Shown: piece after piece, positions 26,320-32,000 of the stretch
How positions within the stretch are numbered: the first letter of the stretch is position 1
How the letters are laid out: the number at the start of each line of letters is the position of its first letter
Source of the DNA: Aliivibrio fischeri ES114
Lineage (GTDB): Bacteria; Pseudomonadota; Gammaproteobacteria; Enterobacterales; Vibrionaceae
DNA: 32,000 bases
Assembly: GCF_000011805.1 (NCBI RefSeq)
Contig: NC_006841.2
Reading direction: 5' to 3' (one strand)
Translations under genes and position numbers: made by a program
Notes under the pieces: generated by a model
What the model was told of the DNA's origin: nothing
Database searches by the model: none
What the model saw: the letters and a program-made list of their open reading frames with translations, nothing else

Positions 26320-26937
26320 ATGAGTAAAGGACATATCGACATAAGTAATTCAAATGTTTATGTGGTTGATGATGAGCTCTCAGTTCGAGAATCATTGGTT
26401 TTCATGCTGGAAGGATACGGTTTGTCTGTTTATGAATTTTGCAGTGGACGAGCGTTTTTAGACTCAGTTGATGTATCAACGCCGGGGTGTGCGATTCTAG
26501 ACAGCCGGATGCCTGAACTGAGAGGTCAAGACGTACATGAATTATTGAAGCAACAGAACAGTCCTTTAAGTGTTATTTTCTTAACTGGCCATGGAGATAT
26601 CCCCATGGCGGTTGATGCACTTAAAGCGGGAGCTGCTGATTTTTTTCAAAAGCCAGTGGATGGTGAAGAGCTGTTTATCGCAATTAAAAATGGATTAGCC
26701 GCATCTGAAAAGCGTTATAAAAGCCAAGATGCACATCGCTCTTATCTTTCTTTAACGGCCAGAGAGCAAGAAGTACTTAAATTGATTGTTCAAGGAATGA
26801 AAAACCAACAAATGGCTGATGCAATGTGTGTTTCTTTACGAACCATTGAAGTTCATCGCTCCAATTTAATGAAAAAACTGGGCGTAAATAGCGTGGTGGA
26901 TTTGATCATGCGCTATGGAAATAGCATTAGTAATTAG
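26320..26937 (+). CDS. TtrR/FixJ-type response regulator (REC + LuxR HTH)
   Basis: Receiver residues are present (VVDDE, ILDSRMP, FFQKP). The C-terminal HTH is LTAREQEVLKLIVQGMKNQQMADAMCVSLRTIEVHRSNLMKKLGV. It begins 8 nt after the kinase stop. Confidence 0.85.
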   Translation: MSKGHIDISNSNVYVVDDELSVRESLVFMLEGYGLSVYEFCSGRAFLDSVDVSTPGCAILDSRMPELRGQDVHELLKQQNSPLSVIFLTGHGDIPMAVDALKAGAADFFQKPVDGEELFIAIKNGLAASEKRYKSQDAHRSYLSLTAREQEVLKLIVQGMKNQQMADAMCVSLRTIEVHRSNLMKKLGVNSVVDLIMRYGNSISN

Positions 26938-27030
26938 CTAAACCAACAACAATGAATAACCAATTTGTGTTTCCGTTTATGTAATTAAGCTAAAATTATA
27001 ATGATAAACACAAATACTCAGGAGTAAATT

Positions 27031-27705
27031 ATGTTTGATTCAGCATCGATCATAATCGCAGGTTCAACAGGATTGATTGGCCACTATTTATTGAATTTTT
27101 CACTAAAAAATGAATCCGTTAATCGAGTTTATAGCCTATCTCGCCGCTCACTTGATGAAACGAGTTCAAAATTAGTTCAAATGGTGAGTGATGACTTATC
27201 AATAGATAAAAACCAGTTAGAAGAGCAGACTCCTGATATTGGTTTTATTACATTAGGTACTACAATCAAAAAGGCAGGCAGTAAAGCCGCACTAAAAGCG
27301 ATAGATACTGATCTTGTTGTTTCTGTTGCTCAATCAATGCGAGAAGTGGGTGTACGACACATTTATGTGGTTTCGTGTATTGGAGCGTCTTCTTCTGCAT
27401 TCTCGCACTATTTAAAGTGTAAGGGAGAGATGGAAGACAGTATCGCGTTATTAGGCTTCTCTAGTACGACCTTTATGCAGCCAGGACCACTATCGGGTGA
27501 CCGAAGTGAAACTAGAAAAGATGAAGTCTTATTGCAAGGCGTAATGAGCATTATTAACCCCTTAATGAAGGGGTGTCTACTAAACTATAAGCCAATTGAA
27601 GGTGAAGTAGTTGCTGAATGTATGCTTGATCTTGCATTACAAAATGATAATGCTGTTGGGGTTCATCGATATCGTTCAAAAGCGATGTTTGAAATGAAAT
27701 CATGA
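27031..27705 (+). CDS. NAD(P)H-binding atypical SDR (YraR/HTATIP2-like)
   Basis: It has a GSTGLIG Rossmann motif, plus LGTTIKKAGSKAA and KGEMED blocks that resemble E. coli YraR. An AGGAG SD lies 8 nt upstream. Confidence 0.7.
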   Translation: MFDSASIIIAGSTGLIGHYLLNFSLKNESVNRVYSLSRRSLDETSSKLVQMVSDDLSIDKNQLEEQTPDIGFITLGTTIKKAGSKAALKAIDTDLVVSVAQSMREVGVRHIYVVSCIGASSSAFSHYLKCKGEMEDSIALLGFSSTTFMQPGPLSGDRSETRKDEVLLQGVMSIINPLMKGCLLNYKPIEGEVVAECMLDLALQNDNAVGVHRYRSKAMFEMKS

Positions 27706-27783
27706 CGTGAATTTCACAATCAAAGTATTGAGTAATGATAATAATCAGCAGTGAAGATAAAGGTATGTTAGGGGTGGGATATC

Positions 27784-28719
27784 GTGTTGCAATTTGATTA
27801 TAATTTATTGAATACGCTTGAGGTTCTATTAGAAGAGCAAAGTGTTACATCCGCAGCTTCAAGACTGCATTTAAGTCAGTCAGCTGTGAGTAAGCAATTA
27901 GCAAAGTTACGTGAAGTCTTTGATGATCCTTTGTTTGAGCGAACGCCTTATGGATTAAGAGCAACACCTAGAGCGAAGCAATTAGCCCCTGAACTGCGCC
28001 AAGTATTGCAACAGCTTGAGTTATTTACACGACCAAATAATTTTGAGCCAGAGAAGAGTAATCGAACGTTTGATATTCATATGGTAGAGCCTGCGTATTC
28101 TCTGACTTATCCTCATTTTATGCCCGCTTTATTAAAGCAAGCTCCCCAAATAAATGTGCATGCAAAAACATGGAGACGTGACAGTTTAGATCAATTATTA
28201 CGTTGTGAGATTGATTTGGCGATCAGTTGTTGGGAGTGGGACACACGTTCAAAATGGCACGTGAACAACATTCCTTCAGAGTTGAATTATATTGAATTAG
28301 CGAGAGACCACTCAGTGTGTTTAGTTCGTGAAGGCCATCCTCTATTTGATGAGGAATGGGGACTCGACACCTTCTTAAAATACCGCCACTTACAAGTGGT
28401 TTTTGGCGGGATTGAACAATGGCTTTTGGACGATATCTTAAACTTGCAGCATTTAAAAAGAGATATTGCTGTGAATTTAACGGATTTCCATTCAGCGATG
28501 GAGTTATGTGAGAACAGCGATTTGATTTTGTGTGCTCCTTCAAAGTACATAGACAATATGCTTAAAGGTTCACCACTAAAAAAATTACCAGCACCAATCT
28601 CAATGGAGCCGGGTTGTTATGTATTAATGTGGCATAAACACTTTGAATTTGATCATTCACATCGTTGGTTCAGAGAGTTAATTATTGATAAAGTGTCCAA
28701 GGAATATTTGGTCAAATAA
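27784..28719 (+). CDS. LysR-family transcriptional regulator
   Basis: It has an N-terminal wHTH (LLEEQSVTSAASRLHLSQSAVSKQLAKLRE) and a LysR substrate-binding-type C-terminus. GTG start. Confidence 0.85.
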   Translation: MLQFDYNLLNTLEVLLEEQSVTSAASRLHLSQSAVSKQLAKLREVFDDPLFERTPYGLRATPRAKQLAPELRQVLQQLELFTRPNNFEPEKSNRTFDIHMVEPAYSLTYPHFMPALLKQAPQINVHAKTWRRDSLDQLLRCEIDLAISCWEWDTRSKWHVNNIPSELNYIELARDHSVCLVREGHPLFDEEWGLDTFLKYRHLQVVFGGIEQWLLDDILNLQHLKRDIAVNLTDFHSAMELCENSDLILCAPSKYIDNMLKGSPLKKLPAPISMEPGCYVLMWHKHFEFDHSHRWFRELIIDKVSKEYLVK

Positions 28720-28734
28720 CCTCATAGCTCAATG

Positions 28735-28766
28735 AAAAAGCCAATGAAATGATCATTGGCTTTTTT
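28735..28766. terminator. Bidirectional rho-independent terminator
   Basis: AAAAAGCCAATGA-aatga-TCATTGGCTTTTTT between convergent genes. Confidence 0.85.
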
Positions 28767-28785
28767 ATTAGAGTGGTGAGTTTTC

Positions 28786-31194
28786 TCAGTAGCTATTGGA
28801 TAAATCATACACTCGGAGTGTATTTTTTAGAGTTTCGATATCATCACCAAGATACTCAATGGTTACCGGTTTTTCAGGTAATAATGTAAAACTCGAGTCA
28901 CTAAATTGTCCTTTACCGTCATGTTCTAAGTGAACAAAGAAAGCAGGATTATCTGATTGAAGGGTAAGCATCGTTCCTGATTGAATAAGATTGATTTTAG
29001 CCTTCTTCATTGTTAGCTGTTTGAGTTTAGGGGTTGCAAACCACGTGTTTTGAATAGACTCTCCGTTAACTTCGATTTCAATAAAGAAAAAGCTATTATT
29101 CTCACTAACTTGGAATTTTTCTTTACTTAATGACCAAATAACATCATTGCCATCTTCCTCAATGGTGTAATTTACAGCCCATTTACCCAGTAGTTCCCCA
29201 TTAAAATCCATCCAATAAACAGTGCCATCAATATGAGCTTCGGTTCGATGATCATTGACCGCTCGAATGCGTAATTCAGAATTTGTTTCTTCAAAAGGCA
29301 CGTAAGTTGGCGCGAAGAAGCGTTTCGCATGATAATGAAGCTGCTTCCAACGACCGCTGTATTCAATACTCGACCATGAACTCACAGGCCAATTATCATT
29401 GAGTTGCCAATAGAGCATGCCTCGACATATAGGACTGATTGCACGCCAATATTCGCAACCAGTTTTAATCGCAATGGCTTGTTGTACTTGGCTTAAATAT
29501 AGCATTTGTTCAAAGTTAGATGGAAAGCGGAAGTAACGAGTAAACATCTCAGTGATGATGCTATTACCACGTCCATTTTTTTGGTGTCCTTCAAAGGTCG
29601 GAGACGTGACATTCCAGTCTTCTTCAGGAACAAAGGTTTTTACCTCTGAAAAAGAAGGCCAAGACTGAAAACCAAACTCAGAGCAAAAGCGTGGTTTGAT
29701 ATCTTGATAAGCATCAAATGATTTTCCTGAGTGCCAAACATCCCAAAAGTGCATATCACCGCGGTTATCATTATGCCAAGCATCACCAAAATCCATATCG
29801 CCATTACAAGGAGAGCTAGTCCAGAATCGACGACTTGGATCTTCTTCTGCAATCCATTGAGCAATATTGCGATTTAAGCGATCGTAATTAACCGTATAGG
29901 TTGTTTTATTGTTCTTAGATTCATCGTACCAACCAATCGCTCCAATAACTTCGTTATCGCCACACCAAAGAACAATTGAGGGATGATCTTTTAAGCGCTG
30001 AATTTGTTGTCGGATCTCAGGTTCAACGTCTTTTAAAAATGCATCCGTAGAAGGATAAAGGGAGCAAGCAAACATCATGTCTTGCCATACCATTAATCCC
30101 AGTTCATCACAGAGATCGTAGAATAGTTCGGACTCATATTGACCACCTCCCCAAACACGGATCATGTTCATGTTAGCGTCTTTAGCACTGGTTAATAATT
30201 CTCGGTAACGGCTTTCAGACTCAAGGCTTGGCATTGCATCCATAGGGATCCAATTCGCTCCTTTTGAGTTAATAGGAAAACCATTAATCACAAATTCCAT
30301 CGCTGAGCCAATTTCATCATTTTTGTTATTAAGCTCTAATTGACGTAAGCCAACTCTTTTTGTGATTGTTTGTTCATCCAGTTCAACGGTGAGTGAATAT
30401 AAAGGTTGCTCACCGTAGCCAGAAGGCCACCAAAGTTCAGGATTTTCAATATGGAAAATGGTGCTTGTTTCACCACTCTCATGGCTAATTAACGTGTGAA
30501 TTTCGTCATTGAAATTAACGGTAATCGCTTGTCCCGCAATACACTCATGTTTAACATTAACCGTAAGATCAACAGCACCTTGATACCAAATTTGTGCAGT
30601 TTCGATTGAGCTTAATTCAATCTTTTTTACAACCTCAATATAAATTGGATCATAGATACCAGAAACCATTAAGCAAATTCCCCAATCCCAACCAGAGTGG
30701 CATTGTGTTTTGCGTATTAGGTTCATGTGTGGAAGCTGGTTATTCCCTACCGCCCATGGGATAGGCATAGGTAATTTCTTCGCTCTTGATAGCGCCTCTT
30801 CATCGACTCGAGAGAAATGAACTGAAATCGTGTTATCACCCGGTTTAACAAATGGTTTGATATCAATGCGGTGGCGTTGAAATTGGTTAGTAGAGCTTAA
30901 AACAAGTTCATTATTAATAAAGACATTAGCCAATGTATCAACACGACTTAAATTGAGTATTAAAGATGCAGCACTCATCTCTTGTGGTGAAAGAGAAAAT
31001 TCTTGAGATAGATGCCAATCGCATTCTCTTACCCATTGAACCTCATTTTCGTTCGTTCCCATATATGGATTGGTAATGATCCCTGCTTGGTATAAAGCAT
31101 GGTAATTATCGCCGGGAACCGTCATTGGAATTGCAAGATGCGAATGCGCTGGAGAGGTGAGTATCCATTTGCCATTAAGAGAAATTTGCGACAT
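28786..31194 (-). CDS. GH2 beta-mannosidase
   Basis: 802 aa. It has a typical N-terminus (LNGKWIL...VPGDNYHALYQAGII.NPY), an acid/base WCGDNE and a nucleophile region CSEFGFQSWP. Confidence 0.8.
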   Translation of the reverse strand: MSQISLNGKWILTSPAHSHLAIPMTVPGDNYHALYQAGIITNPYMGTNENEVQWVRECDWHLSQEFSLSPQEMSAASLILNLSRVDTLANVFINNELVLSSTNQFQRHRIDIKPFVKPGDNTISVHFSRVDEEALSRAKKLPMPIPWAVGNNQLPHMNLIRKTQCHSGWDWGICLMVSGIYDPIYIEVVKKIELSSIETAQIWYQGAVDLTVNVKHECIAGQAITVNFNDEIHTLISHESGETSTIFHIENPELWWPSGYGEQPLYSLTVELDEQTITKRVGLRQLELNNKNDEIGSAMEFVINGFPINSKGANWIPMDAMPSLESESRYRELLTSAKDANMNMIRVWGGGQYESELFYDLCDELGLMVWQDMMFACSLYPSTDAFLKDVEPEIRQQIQRLKDHPSIVLWCGDNEVIGAIGWYDESKNNKTTYTVNYDRLNRNIAQWIAEEDPSRRFWTSSPCNGDMDFGDAWHNDNRGDMHFWDVWHSGKSFDAYQDIKPRFCSEFGFQSWPSFSEVKTFVPEEDWNVTSPTFEGHQKNGRGNSIITEMFTRYFRFPSNFEQMLYLSQVQQAIAIKTGCEYWRAISPICRGMLYWQLNDNWPVSSWSSIEYSGRWKQLHYHAKRFFAPTYVPFEETNSELRIRAVNDHRTEAHIDGTVYWMDFNGELLGKWAVNYTIEEDGNDVIWSLSKEKFQVSENNSFFFIEIEVNGESIQNTWFATPKLKQLTMKKAKINLIQSGTMLTLQSDNPAFFVHLEHDGKGQFSDSSFTLLPEKPVTIEYLGDDIETLKNTLRVYDLSNSY

Positions 31195-31640
31195 AAAAAA
31201 TCCTTCTGATGCCGTATATAGTGAAGAAATTGCAAGAAGTGTATGTCTGAAAGCAGAGAAAATATGTGACTCTATTCTCGGATGAGAGTGAATCCTTTTT
31301 ATAAATTCAATAATTTAGATCGTAGCCACAATTCAAATGTGTGTTGTTTATTATCTATCCTTAATATTAATGGAATGATGTGTTGTTATTAGGTGCGGAA
31401 CGCCATACACTATCCTAATTAATAGACTTGTTTGGAAGTATAGATTGATTGAATGTGTTCTTGGTTCAATTTTGAATTTAATCTTATTGATGCAAATCAT
31501 TATATATAATTCTAGTGAATGCATTCGTTATCTGTCAGTTGTATAAGACATTCAGGATTTTATTTGGTGTAGTCCAAAATGAAGCAGCAAAGTGCTGTTA
31601 TTTTGAGTTTAAATGGAATTTATAGTAGTTAGGCACGATC

Positions 31641-32000
31641 ATGTACAAAAATATCTCAATAAAAAATAAGTTAACCCTCATGTTTGTGGTGGTTATCTTG
31701 GTTATGGCGTCAATTCAAACTTATATGACAGGTAAGCAATTGATGAAAGAAACACATCGGTCTGTTGAGCAATTTTCATTAGCTATTACACAATCCAGTA
31801 TTGCGGGTATTGAGAAGTGGATTGATGGGAAGGTGCAGATCTTATTAGCGACAGAAAAATCGTTTTCTTATTCGGATAAACCAATTAGCTACTTTGCTCA
31901 AGCAGAAAAAGCAGGTCAATTTGATATTACTTATGCAGGTTTATCAACGGGTGAATTTTACCAAAGCCGAAATCTTCCCGTACCAGAGGGGTATGACCCA
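31641..32000 (+). CDS. Methyl-accepting chemotaxis protein, N-terminal (dCache-like) part; continues past the right edge
   Basis: Not in the track because it is open at the edge. The ATG at 31641 gives MYKNISIKNKLTLMFVVVILVMASIQTYMTGKQLMKETHRSVEQFS...DITYAGLSTGEFYQSRNLPVPEGYDP. The TM1 plus Cache-type start is typical of Vibrio-type MCPs. Confidence 0.7.
   Translation, partial: MYKNISIKNKLTLMFVVVILVMASIQTYMTGKQLMKETHRSVEQFSLAITQSSIAGIEKWIDGKVQILLATEKSFSYSDKPISYFAQAEKAGQFDITYAGLSTGEFYQSRNLPVPEGYDP

Noticed and set aside
1-32000. CRISPR arrays, rRNA/tRNA genes, IS elements, and recognisable phage-defence or toxin-antitoxin modules
   Set aside because: I found no regularly spaced repeats, no structured-RNA gene signatures and no nuclease, ATPase or toxin-like ORF pairs while reading both strands.

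Overview
Chromosomal segment from a low-GC marine gammaproteobacterium; gene content and AT-rich intergenic regions look Vibrionaceae-like, but the taxon is inferred only. I see about 26 credible protein genes and no rRNA, tRNA, CRISPR array, transposase or integrase. Left to right: the N-terminus of a Tat-exported DmsA-type molybdoenzyme (off the left edge, missing from the ORF track), divergent from a TorD/DmsD-family chaperone and NapF-like ferredoxin pair; a periplasmic TPR+DUF218 protein; gamma-glutamyltranspeptidase; a TetR regulator divergent from an MBL-fold hydrolase; an alpha/beta-hydrolase lipoprotein; a very AT-rich islet with a secreted astacin-family protease and two small overlapping ORFs; an M3 oligoendopeptidase; a PAS-MCP; an AzgA/NCS2 purine permease; then the most interesting part. 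From about 15.6 to 26.9 kb, a TtrS/TtrR-like (tetrathionate/thiosulfate-type) two-component system is divergent from a tight operon of exported rhodanese, a GltD-like flavoprotein fused to an HdrC-like ferredoxin domain, an HdrB-like CCG protein and a TVP38/TMEM64 membrane protein. This operon is followed in the same orientation by a YnjBCD-like ABC importer translationally coupled to a YnjF-like CDP-alcohol phosphatidyltransferase. No tetrathionate or thiosulfate reductase genes (ttrBCA/phsABC) lie next to the sensor. I read this as a candidate uncharacterised, molybdenum-independent module for sensing, importing and reducing sulfur compounds. The right end carries a YraR-like NAD(P)-binding protein, a LysR regulator, a GH2 beta-mannosidase and the start of a dCache MCP. 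All functional calls come from reading motifs in the supplied translations; no database search was possible.
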